Origin: Raillietiella orientalis
Lineage: Eukaryota
Direction: 5' to 3'
Assembly (NCBI GenBank): GCA_036172245.1
Contig: JAYWIR010000063.1
Span: forward strand, 372,001 to 436,000
Length of the DNA: 64,000 bases
A model generated the notes under the pieces. That model was not told the DNA's origin and did not search any database. It saw only the letters and a list, made by a program, of their open reading frames with translations. This document shows positions 14,058 through 40,301 of this stretch, in pieces. The translations under genes and the position numbers were made by a program. The first letter of the stretch is position 1, and the number at the start of each line of letters is the position of its first letter.

Positions 14058-17000
14058 TGAAGTATTCTTATGTGAAAGCTGCTTCGGATTTTTGGGAGGC
14101 ATTTGGGGAAACTTGTTAGTAGTACGCATCGCAGGACCAGCATGAAAATAATATAAAAACCACCAATATAAAAAACAACAAATGTTTGTAGAAATGGCGA
14201 ACGCTGTTTGGAAGGCACACGCGCCAGTTCAGTCATTTGCAAAGTGACTTGTCACCACTAGAGATTTGTGCCACTTGGATGAGCCATTGGAGACCGCGCA
14301 TTCCCAGGGAACACGCCCCTCGTTCTCGCCTTAATTCATCCAGTTTTATGCTGTTCGTTCCTCTCGGTCGGATCAGCTCCTGAAATCACAACTCGTCTTC
14401 CCGTTTCTTGGTTCCTCTCCCACATTGCAGAGTTCGTTTCTTCCTTCCCACTGTTAAGCTGATTACAGGTTCGCCGGCTGTGCACAGACTTCGTTTGAAA
14501 CCTCTTGCCGGCTACTCCCAGCAAGAATTGTGCTTGCACAATTACAGAACTGCTTAAGAACGCAAGTCCAAGCGGCTTTTGGCCTTCATGCTGAAGCCAA
14601 TTCCCATTTCCTAAAGCAGCTACAAGCAGCTACCCCCTTGGATCTGAAGAGAGCATCCCTCCTCACTCGAAGACACGTTCAGACATCCCACAGCTTTCTG
14701 AAGAGCACGCCGCCGGTTCGAAAATACTTTTCGAAAAACCATTGGGCATGGAAGATGCAGCGTGTGCCACCATTAAGTTGAATGATGATTTTTCCTTTCT
14801 TTCTTTTTTTAAAATATTCAGTCCACTTCGTTATGGGGAAAGTAGAGTACGGAAAAATATTTGCTATGCATCTGTAATGATACGATCGTGACGGAGATGT
14901 CCTTTCCCCAGCTGAAGTCACAACGAGGAACTTTATCGCAGGGAAAGTTTGGATCGACTCCTCGATCTCGTGGGTGGTCGCATTTCATATTTCGATGGTG
15001 TCAAAAAAAAAAAAAAAACGGCTTCTTTTTATTGTTTCCGGAGACAGGTAGACCCCGCTTTAGGCATAGAAGCTTTTGGTCATGTCAACCATTTTGTAAG
15101 AGGTCACCACTCACTTCTCGAGATGCGCCTTTGGTTACAAAATCAAGATGTATGTATCTGATGGACTTATGTAGCCTGGAAGCGGTGCTTGGCAGCAGCT
15201 CCGCCAGTCCGTTTAGAGGGAAATTCCATTTTTCTTTTCCACAAATCTACAAGACACGCTTCAGGGCAAGACAGACAGTAGGCAAACAATCCCTTGAATG
15301 AGAGCTGGCGGCTGGCAATTATGCCTTGAATTTCTCCAGTGAGCGTTAATTGAGATCCTTTAATTATGCCGCCGCTTCCCGTTCCGTTTGACTCGTTCGT
15401 AACCTTGGGGCATCCTTAGCTTCAAACAAGTCTCTGCCGCGGAAACAGCACCGTCGTCTCCAAGGGCGTCTCGGAAATCTTCGGACTGGGAAAACCCAGA
15501 AAGCTGGGAAGAGCTGCCAGATGGAAAATTGGCAGCTTAATTTTCGAGCTTCCGCGAACAAGTTTACGAATGACTCGAAACCGAACCATCCGCCCTCCCG
15601 CATGGACAAATAAGATTGCTTTTATGAAGCAGCAGGTGTGCTGTGCTTCATGGATTAAAAATTTTCCAGCGTCTGCTGTTCTTTCCGAGAGAGATCGACA
15701 ACTGCGAGGTATTAATTTGCCCTTACGGGATCCAGTTTTGGAAGGAAAAAAGAAAAAAACATCTTAGGCATTGAAATGGGAAACACTGCGAAGAGTTTCT
15801 TACTGATTCACGAGATGCTCTTGGGTTCATTTTTAAGCCCCTGTTGTAGCTGCAATCGAACAGATAATCTGCCTCATCCTTTCTTGAGAAAAGATATGCC
15901 AGGACTTTTACTACTGAAGACCGCCAGCTGTTATCAGAAACGACAGGTCCATTTCGGCGAGCCCCTGAACTCACCCATCACATGAATATGAAAACGGTAC
16001 GTGGGAGCCAAATTTCGATGAGTCGCGGCATCCCAAGGAATCAGAATTCTGGATGCCAACTTTTCCAGTCACATCGATATGCACGCCAGATGTCCTTTTC
16101 AGCTGAGAAGGAACGAATCCGAGAGGCCATCTACGGAGGAGACGAGAGATTTCCGACAGGCGAGCCTGCTGGTTCGTCCGCGATGGAGGTCTTTTTCCTC
16201 ATTCACGCGTGGTGATTCCCCCCGACACCCGTCTGACCATTTCCAGGAGGAAATTCCCGTTCGATCTCCGCCCACGGAGGCGTTTTCGGAAGTCCTACGT
16301 AAGGCCGAGGAGGTCTGGAGCGGCTGTGGACTGCCGAATGGGGCTGTCGCGTATACCTCCCACACATCTCGGGATTCGCCAGCCTCCGGGATTGTACAGT
16401 CACCCCCCACCCCAACACGCACCCAATCTTCCTTTTTTTTCTAAGGCTCGAGTGGCGTGCGGACGGAGCATCGAACCTTCTCCCTCTCTAAGGCTCGCCA
16501 ACGGCTCGTCCATCAGAAGCCGCCCCAATGCTCCGTTGCCTAGGCACGTGGCACTCGTAAGGGGGGGCGAGCAAGACTCCAGCCCACTGATGGCGGACGA
16601 GTCGCGAGATGAGTGTTCCAAAAAGTGAATCGGACGTAAAGAGGAGCCACAGCGCCGAGAGAGAGGAGTCGGTTCCTCCGGCGGAATGAAAAACGCTTCG
16701 AGCGTCAGCGCCGTCCGACGGAATGCTCTGAAAGCTTTTCATGACGGGAGCGGGGGGGCTCTATTGACACCGAGCGGAAGAGAAGCTCTGTCTCGAGATT
16801 CTAGAGGTAAAAGAATGAGTGCTCCGCAAGCTCAGAATTCTTGGTAATGTCTTCGGGCATGCTCAATCGATCCGAACAAGCAGAACGCGATCGCGAATGC
16901 TGACGCAGCGAAAAGACGCTAGGCCGAGCCACACTTTGGAACCGCCGGGAGCGGCCACCGCTCGGGCCGATGCAGAGGGCGCCCCGGAATCCCTTCTGCC

Positions 17001-18949
17001 AGCTGCTCGTCCCCCACCCTTCTGGCTTCAAGGAGCCAGCAGAAAGAAGGGAAGAGAAACAACGGGCAGTCTCACGTGCACGGAATGGGGCGACGCGGAC
17101 CTGCGATCCTTCCTCTTCTGATCCCGTCGCTTCTTCATCCCTGGGGATGGTCGTCCTTCCGCCTGTACGCATCCCTGCCGAGCCCCTTGGCGCGAATCCA
17201 CCGGTCACAGATTCGCCACGATGCGCGTGCTTTCTGCGGCACAGTGGAAGCCATGGCGCCCGGCTGGGATTCTTTCCAGGCCGGGCTCTTAGTCCAGAGA
17301 CGTGGGTAGCGACGACCCCCCATGCTTCCTGGGAAAGTCTCCGATGAGGCCTCCGGCGTGGGAAGTGCAGGGCGTGCGCGAAGACATCGGGAACATCCCG
17401 GCACGTACGTGCCGCTGCAGGACGACGCAGGAGAAGCCGCGGTAAGCCGAACCCCGGCATCCCGCGGCCGCCAGAGAGGATCCGCTCGACTTTCGCGCCA
17501 ACTTGGTCTCGTCGGCCGCGCGACCCCGGACAAGAGCTCGTCCGCGCCAGCCGACACGGCCCGTGGCACCTCTCACGCTGTGCGGTGGCCTCTCAGCGTG
17601 AGAGCGAAAGGCAGTCCGCCTGCGAGGGGCGGTCGCCGGGCACCCAGCAGCCCCCCTCCGAAGGCATCTGCGCGAGGGGCATATCCGCTCCAGCTTTCCA
17701 CGTTCTTGCTCTTCCGGCCTTCTCTCCCTTCTGCCCACCGAGCAAAGCTGAAGCGTTCCAGAATGCTCGTGCGGCGAAGGGCCCCAGAACGAATCCCCCC
17801 CTTCCCCGCTAACGATGGGAAGCCCTCAGGGCAGAGCTTTCCGAGGAGGCGGAACTTCCGCTGCTCGGGTCCTCTTCTCTCGAGAACGTCGTGGCCGACC
17901 CCCTCTCGAGTGGCGCGCGCCTCTTCTCAGCTCCCCTCATTCCTCCTCCCCACTTCCTCGTGGAGGGAGACGGGAACCCGGGAAGCTGCTCTGGAAACAC
18001 GGAGGCAGATCCCTCCAAGGCAATTTTTATAAATGCTTTACTTCGAGCCGAGCGTGGCGACGGTATGATTGAATACCTAACAAGTACGTGTGTCGTGCAC
18101 GTTTCATGGCTATATTAAATCAAAGACTTGCATAATTTAAAACGTGCAGGTGAAACACTACAAACGATTCTGAGAACGTCCGCACGCCACCCTCATTTTG
18201 CTCATCGAAAATTCGAGATTCAATTTGAACCGTCTTTTGGTAAGCGGAACTTCCCCCTCCCTTTCCCGTCACCGTACGACCGTCAGCGAAGAGTGCAGAT
18301 GCGACTCATATTCACACCCCGTTGCATGCGAACCACGCTGACGGGGCCTGAAGAAGCAGATCCTTCCGAGAAACTTTCCGGCGGTCCACCTCGCATCTTC
18401 CGGCGCGCACGCGTGTCTCTCGGGAGAGTTCCTTCCGGTGCTGCTGCTGCGGCTGCGCGTCCCGAGGCGACGCGGGCGCCCCTCTCGCGGCGAAACGGGG
18501 AACCAGCGGTTCGGGAGGCGCTCGCCCTGCTTCGCTCTCCCCTGCCTCCTGCAGGACCGCGCCAGGTAGGATCGGAGCTTGCGGCCCACTCCTGCGATAC
18601 TCTGGCACGGGCTCCGAGGGAGACGAAGGTCCGGGAAGCACCTCCGGCAAGAGCCGCAGGCGGGAAGAGTCCCAATGATCCGGCGCGGCCTCAGGCGGCG
18701 CCGCTGGGCAGGCCAGGAGCCTGCCGTCCCCCGGAATCGTCAGCCTTGCTATAGCTGCTCACGTCACAGCATACGTCACCGCCGTGGCCGTCGATGCCGG
18801 CCACGGCGGAGCCGATCTCGCCTCCGTCTGAGTGGGTGACCTCCGCCCATCCTGCGCCCCATCTCTGTGCGTTGCAGACGGATTAGGGCCATGCGCGCAG
18901 ACAAGCGCGGTCTCGAAGGCGGTCGCCGGAGGGCAGGAGTCTTGCAGCT

Positions 18950-19750
18950 TCCCGGGAAAGGGAGTGGCTTTTTCGCGATCCAGTTGCCGACCTGAACCGA
19001 GCGGTGATCCCCGTAGACGTCCGTTTCCGTGTCCCTTCTGACCGGAAATCGTTGCGTGACCGCCATGCTCCCCGGCCAGCCTCGCCCCAGGTGGTTAAGC
19101 GGTGCCGTCACCTCCCGCCCGAAGGAGGTTCGACCCTTGGGGTCCTTGTCGCTGACGGACGTCCAGACCAGGTCGCTTCCGGGGGGAAGAAGTGCCATGA
19201 CCCGGAGCGGCCGGGAGACCCAGCAGCATCCGAGGGGTCACCGACGCTTCCGGTGCCTCAGGCAGTCAGCTCAGCGCCTCCGCCAGCACCAGTGCGGCGG
19301 GCGGCGTCGGCCCGTCTGGTCAGTGTGCAGCCGGGGGCGCTATCTTCGGCGGCAGGCCCTGCAGACGCGCCACCTCCGCCAGCACTGTGGTCCGGGCGAG
19401 GACCGCGGAGGTCGGCGATTCGTCGGCGCCCGCGGTGACCCTGCCCTGACGCGGGAAAGCTGGTCAGGGAAGAGATCAGCATGGAGGCAGGCACGCAGCC
19501 GCCGCCTCCTCCCCACGGGAGTGACCTCCTGGGAGTAGGGAGAGCACAGTGGGCCGGAAGATGGGAACGGGTCGCCGCCGCCCGGAGCGAGGCTGGCCGA
19601 AGGGCGTCGCGGGAGGCGACGATCCGGTTCGAGAGCGGCTCGGTCGCGAGGCGCGGCCGCATGGATCGACGTCCCTGGCTGCGAAGAAGTCGCCGACGAC
19701 GTCCCAGGTCGCATGCTGACCAGACCGGCCGACGCCACCCACCGCGCTCG
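18950..19750 (-). mobile_element. Possible highly decayed LINE endonuclease (APE) relic
   Basis: Minus-strand fragments WDVVGDFFAARDVD (GDFN-like, ~19690) and PDHSA (SDH-like, ~19385) lie about 100 codons apart, in different frames. Weak evidence. Confidence 0.25.
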
Positions 19751-20751
19751 CGGGCAGAAACGGGGGAAACAGCAACGCCGCGAAGGGGGGGTTCTTCAGG
19801 CTGGCAGGGAAAGTGCCTCCCCCCCCCTCCCCCCTTTCCGCTGGCTGCTGCGGGTCGCGACCTCGTCGGACGGCCGCTTGAGAGAGCTCCCCTGGTGGCT
19901 GGGAGGCGTCCGCACGCCGGCGAGGTCGATCGACAGGTCGCGCCGTGGGGCCTTCCCCATCTTCCCGAGCGGACCCGCGCGCGCTCGAGTCGCGGGAGGA
20001 TGCGTCTGCAGCCGCGGGCCCATCCTTGCGGCTCGGGCGCCTCTCGCTCGGCGGGGGCGTCCGGGGACCAACGTGGCGCTACGCCTCCTCCTCCGCCTGC
20101 CCTCTCGCGGAACGGTTGTTTGCGACGCTCGCCGGAGGAGGCGCTGCGGCCGCGTCGCTCGCCTCTTGCGCCACCCTTCGTGAGGCGCCCAGGGCGTGCG
20201 GCAGCTGCGCCCTGCGTGCGCGCGCGCCCGCTTCGCTGTGGGAGTCCCGGGGAAGACGCGCGCGCGGGGAGGGGGGGAGGGGAGGAGGAAAGGGGGAGCG
20301 TTTGTTCCCTCTGCCTTCCCGGGACGGGGGAGGACCTGCTCCGTCCTTGGGAGGCGCCCGTCTATCGCGGCGGTGTCGCAGCTTTCGCTTCCGGGCAGCA
20401 GCTGTCGGGAAAGGGCGAGCGGGCGGGGCGGAAGCGCGCTCCCCCTCCCGCGGCCAGCGCCGACTGACTCTTGGAGGCTGGCTTCCGCATCCTCTGGCAT
20501 CCCACCGGGTGGCCTCCCGCGCGGAGGAGGGTCATCATCCTCGGCACTGCGCTTCTTGCCGCCGCTCGCTGCTCCCTCCCCGCTCCACCTCTTGCCCCCC
20601 TGCTCCTCGGGCACCGGGCCGACCCGCGCCCCCGCCGGCGGCACGGACCTTCTCTGTGAACACTTCGCGTTCGCAGTGCTTCCGATCGATCGATGACAAT
20701 CGGATTACGCTAGCGCGATCGTGGACGAGGCGAACGCCGTTTGCGTACAGA

Positions 20752-20785
20752 TGACGTATGCATTTACGTCACAATGCCATAAAAA
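20752..20785 (+). promoter_or_regulatory. Two CRE-like sites plus a TATA-like box upstream of SIK
   Basis: TGACGTAT 20752-20759, TTACGTCA 20764-20771 and CATAAAAA 20778-20785 sit in an AT-richer patch ~350 nt upstream of the SIK ATG. Confidence 0.45.
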
Positions 20786-20946
20786 ATACGCCATTTTATC
20801 ATAAGCAGCCGGTACACGATGGGGATTTGGCTGTCGGTTCTCTGCGGACGTTGTGCTGCTGCGAGTCGCTCCTAAGGAGAGGCCGAGGAAAATCGCAGGT
20901 ACTTGACAAAGCATCCCGGAGGAAAATCACCGCAGCAACCGGATGA

Positions 20947-35268
<14,322 letters not shown>

Positions 35269-35839
35269 CCGAGTCGGGATTGTGGTTCTGTCTTCGCAGA
35301 GGCGCCGACGAGCCCTCGAGGCAGCGCACCTGCAAAAAAACTGTGGTGGTTTCCTTCCAACATCGCCGGGTAAACCGGTGCCCCCAAGTCACCTCCCCTT
35401 TCTTCGGAAGTTTCGTTCCGACTGAAGCCAAACTCTTCGCTGAAGGAAGGCGCAGAGGAAATTTTATGACGGCAATACATGTGAAAGTTTCGAAACAATT
35501 TCCGAAAAGGAGAAAACAAAAACACACACATACCAACAGAAAACAACCCTTTACGAACCAAAAGGCGTCGTAGCGCAATGGATTCATTGCATCCTTGGTC
35601 GCTCTCTCTCCGAGTTGCGACGTTCGTGTCAAATTTCGAGAACCGCTCCTGTAGAAGTCACTCGAAATTTTTAGAGAGAGGGAGAGAGAGAAAAGAGAAC
35701 TCTTCGCACCTGATAGCAGAGACGGTTTCTGGAAAACCACCGAGTGCCAGAGAACGAACGGAAACCCTGGGGATGGCCTCGTATCCACAGAGCGGAAAGG
35801 TCGGTCGTGGGGCTGCTGCCGTTGCGTGGGGCTACTGCA

Positions 35840-35879
35840 GTTCTGAGGCACACATTCCAAGGAATGTGTGCCTCAGAAC
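35840..35879. repeat. Perfect 19-bp inverted repeat with a 2-nt spacer
   Basis: GTTCTGAGGCACACATTCC-AA-GGAATGTGTGCCTCAGAAC. Confidence 0.95.
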
Positions 35880-36036
35880 ACGGAGCCCTGAATTCCGGAT
35901 GCGGGGCGGCGGCAGCAGCATTCCGCGAGTTTTCTGGATGCAGTGCAAGCAAAGCAAACACCGTGGAGAAAAGTGTTTGCCGACACTTCCAAACAGACTG
36001 CGGCAGCAGCATGTGCGGTGAGGAGGAAGAGGAAGG

Positions 36037-36136
36037 GGGCCTCGTGCTCGTCTTCAGTGTGGAAGGAAATCAACAGCAACTCCGTGGGCCTCGTGCTCGT
36101 CTTCAGTGTGGAAGGAAATCAACAGCAACTCCGTGG
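36037..36136. repeat. Two-copy 49-bp perfect tandem duplication
   Basis: GGGCCTCGTGCTCGTCTTCAGTGTGGAAGGAAATCAACAGCAACTCCGT starts at 36037 and again at 36086. Confidence 0.95.
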
Positions 36137-36507
36137 CACGTTTTCCGACTCGGGGGATACCCAACCGCAAGAATCAGCCAACCGCTGATGGTTTATTGTT
36201 CCGGGGACTTTCGGTGAAATAAACGCAGCTTTCTACAAAGGTGCATCACGGTTCCCACATCACGTTTGGGGGGGGACGAGTGGAACCGGCGTTCGCTCCA
36301 TCGTCTCTCGCCCAGGGGCGGCGGCGGCGCTTGGATCCGCCCGCCACGGTTCCCGAAACCAGCGGAACCCACTGCGGACCCCCTCCCCCCCCCCCGCTGC
36401 AGGGCAGTCCCCGCTGGAAGAACCTCTGGCGGCGGTTCCGGTCCCGGGAACCGTTACACGTCTTCAGGAACGACGGCAGGTCACACAAACTACGCAATCG
36501 CTGGCGC

Positions 36508-37128
36508 TTAAAACAAGTCGCTGCCAGTTTGTCTAGCTTTGGTCTTGGCCGACTTGGCATCCATCATTTCACACTCGTTCGGATTCTTCGGATTCCCCTC
36601 GGGGTCCAGGCTGCCACTTTGGAAATCCCTCGCAATCTTTTCAGAATACACGGCATCGAACAAGTCCCGTGCGGTGAACTCCTCCTCTTCCAAGTCCGGA
36701 ATACGATAGGAAACGAACGGCTTCAGCTAAGCAGGAAAAGAAGAAGAAGAAGAAGAAGAAAAAAAAAAAAAAAAAAAGCAGGGTGTGTGGGTGGGGTGCA
36801 CATGGCTTCGTAGGACCAACCTTGAATCCTTGTAGATCGGGCACGATCAGTTCCGGCACCATCTCCGGGACCTTGACAAATTGGTTGGCATTTTCGTCAA
36901 AGTACCCGTTGGGTCGCACGCCCAAGTCTTGCGATCACGGATCTGTGAAAAGCGCTCCAACGAGGGCATCCCCGACCTACCCCAGCGGACTATTCTCTCT
37001 CTGGAGAGAAACTCCTTGAACTGGCTGGATCCTCTCTTGTTGTACAGAAGGAACTTCCGGAAGTTGCGCTTTCCGCACACGGGGCGTGTGGTGTGGATGC
37101 ACCTCACGAAACCGAAACAGAACGCCAT
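36508..37128 (-). CDS. MRPL41: Mitochondrial ribosomal protein L41 (mL41)
   Basis: Exons 37128-36981, 36927-36821 and 36726-36508. GKRNFRKF..YNKRG, GVR..G, VPELIVPDL.GFKLKPFVSY, FTARDLFDAVYSEKI..DF and ARQTGSDLF match arthropod mRpL41. Confidence 0.93.
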
Positions 37129-37365
37129 GTGGCGGGATTGAACACAACAACAACGTGTACACTTTTATCGCTGAAAAGACAGGAAGCAATACAAACTAAG
37201 GGTTTCCTATATTTCCCTTTCATTTGCGTGCACACGTATTCTCCATACATGTGCGCGCAGGTCCACTAATCGATAAAACCGAGAGTATTCAAAAAGTCAT
37301 CGAGCCCCAGGTCATGTCATAATTTCCGATACCCCGCGATGACCCAACGATGCTGCTGGCGCGCA

Positions 37366-40259
37366 TCACGACGCATCCATTTCGAGAACAGATCGGATTT
37401 CCGCAGCGCAGGCAAGAGAAGCGGAATGAGCTTCTTTGCACACCTGGCGGGAGCTCATCTCATTATGAACCGAACTCGGAGACCCCCATCTCCTTACAGC
37501 AGAGAAATTCAGGAATCCGTGCGACAGCTCGGGGAAGACGGACAGGTGCACCGACTTTCCCAGCTTCTTCATCCTTTTGGCGAACATGACGCAGTCATCT
37601 AGGCATGGGTCCAAAGTAACAGTCTGTGGAAAACGGAAAAAAAAGAGGAAAAAAGGGGGAAAATGGGATACACATCCACATGAATGTACGCAACAGTTGC
37701 TAACCATGAAAGATACATGTGGAAGCTGCATCAGAGTTTCATCCAACATTAAGTAGGGTGACAGCAACGGGTCTTTCGACACCTGGAATTTTGTAAATTC
37801 CTCAGCGAGCCTCGAAGATTTTTGGCATGTCAGATGGGAATTTTCCAGAAGAATCCCACCCAACGATGGTCTGTTGCAATTCATGGGAATCATGCGCTCT
37901 GTACACAAACATACCTTTACCTTTGTGGACCACATGAGGGTTTTCGATTACCGGCCTTCACATCTGAGAAATTGAAAGGGGAGGAGTATCTCTCACGATT
38001 ACTTTAGATCAAAAAATCACCTTTCGATGCACGCTGCTCACCAGGCAGGACTTGCAACATGGGAACCTTTTCGCCTTTTGTGTTCCAAACAAATTCCAGA
38101 ATGTACTTGTCGTGTTTTTCGGAATTTTGCAACCTTTTTGCGTTGTCTTGCGGCTGCAAAGCCAGGGACACATCTTTCGTCTTCGAGCAACTGGATGTGT
38201 CAGCAGCCTCCTGAGGAGACGATTCGTGGCCGGCGTATGCTTTCAAACAGCGCATTAAAAATCCGAATGGCAGAATAGGATCCATTAAGCATAACAGGCG
38301 AGAAGGGGAAGGAACAAACTGTATCAGTAATGGGGTGTAGATCAACACTGCACCTATAGGTAATGGCACGTTTTTTTCAATACACTGCATCATTGTAGCC
38401 ATTAACAAATTGCCGCCAGCAGAATCACCTGAAATACAGCAACGGTGAAGGAACAGGATCGTGATGAAAACCGTCAACGAGCATAGTTTGAAAAACATCA
38501 ATCAAAGATTCAAGTCGATGGGGTCCACTCTCCCTCAGAACGTTCAAACCTTGAAGGAAACAACGACAGCAGCAGCACCCGAAAAAACTGCTGAAAATGC
38601 CACGGGATCCATAGAAAATATTAGGGAAATCCAGCACAGAAGGGTCGGAAAGTGCTTCCAGAAGTGTGAGGGAAATGCAAAAGAAAAGAAAAAAAAACAA
38701 TAAAAACGGCATGGCCCCCCAAAGAGTGAAACGGGTGACACATGGCTAACGAAAACAGCGATCATAATGAGTGGGAGGCCAGGAAAACAAATGGAAATGT
38801 CATTCCTTTTCGATGATTGCGAGAACCGAAACGTAATGCTACCATCTTCAATCACTTGTTGCTTGTTTTTCATTTAAAAAAATGGTAACCTTGGTAAATA
38901 AAAGCACAAAGAAGAAAGAGATAAAGAAAGGAAGAAGGGGGGGGGGGGAAGGAAGTAGTAGTTCCCTTAAGTGTGCCAATAAATACCACTTATGATTCAT
39001 TGTCAAGGTGAAAACAGAATCATGTCGAAGAGGATTTAGGTGATCTGGGGGACTACATTTGCACAGAACGCTTCATTCCGACCATTTCCACACTCCAAAC
39101 GGCCACCACGATGCTCATGCAGCAATCATGGAATCATACATGATACACTGCTGAGCACATCTAACATTATCGCTTCGTCGCTGCCCACCTTCAATCACAC
39201 CTTGCTGCTCAATTTATCTTCACAACTAAGATTACCCAAAATTTTTACAATGTGGTAAAACAGTGGAAAGCTTTTCGATGTTTTGCCTCATCAAACCGTT
39301 TCGGCGACCACGACCACTTTCACTGAGTTTTTGAACTTCGAACTCTCGAAGAATCGCAACATGTATGCAATCCTTCAAAGATTCTTTCTTTAGCAAGCTG
39401 CATGACAGTCCTGCATGGGGGGAAACGAGCACACCCTACGTACACATTCAAGTACTTGACCAATCGTTTCTATACAGATTTAATTGTCTGAATTTGATAA
39501 TCTTGTAAGGCTTATGTTTTTACAGTAGTGTGGGACTTCAAAACTTGTACATCCTACCACCAACCAAAGTCCATAATTGTTACCACCACAAGTCCACTGA
39601 AACTACCCATATGGGAACCACTGCACAAGGAGACCACTTCCTTGGTTTGCTTAGCAGTTGCAACCTTGCCAGTCGAAGTGTCAGGGAGGTACTGGGTACT
39701 TTTTGATAAAACGGAAAGACTTCCCAGCCAGATTAAGCAATGAAATGTGTGTATGTAACAACACATCAGGTTGTAGTCACATCTACTTGATATACGTAAA
39801 ACAAGTTACAAACAATGCTCATAATATGTGCTTGATCAGCAGTCTTACATGTTCCAGCAAGCACATTTGAAACAAGGAAAACTTAAGATTTCTCTTTACT
39901 AAAGGATTCCTCTTTTTTTCTATATCTTTTCAGTTTTTGTTGTCAAAATCAGGAAGCAAATGGAATGTGGTGCACCACAGAAAAGATTTTAAAAAGAATA
40001 AAAAAAAAAAAAATCCCAAACTCTTAAGATTGCAATTATCAACACATGAAGTGTTTCATGATTTTCATGCACAAATAAAACTGAAAAATTGAAACCATTT
40101 GTAAATTTAAGAGAAAGATTTTAAGTTCAGCATGCAACAGCACGAAGCTTTCTTTCTCTCATCAAGATTACTGTGACATTTATTTTTTGGTTAATTTTAA
40201 ACTCTTTAACAATAAATAAAATGACACAGATACATACGTGTTGAATCTGAAGAACGTTT

Positions 40260-40301
<42 letters not shown>

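Noticed and set aside
36037..36136. CRISPR-like repeat
   Set aside because: Two adjacent copies with no spacer, in a eukaryotic context; a simple tandem duplication.
40261..40301. T28-A13 palindrome in an Hsl intron
   Set aside because: Low-complexity homopolymer junction with no evidence of function.
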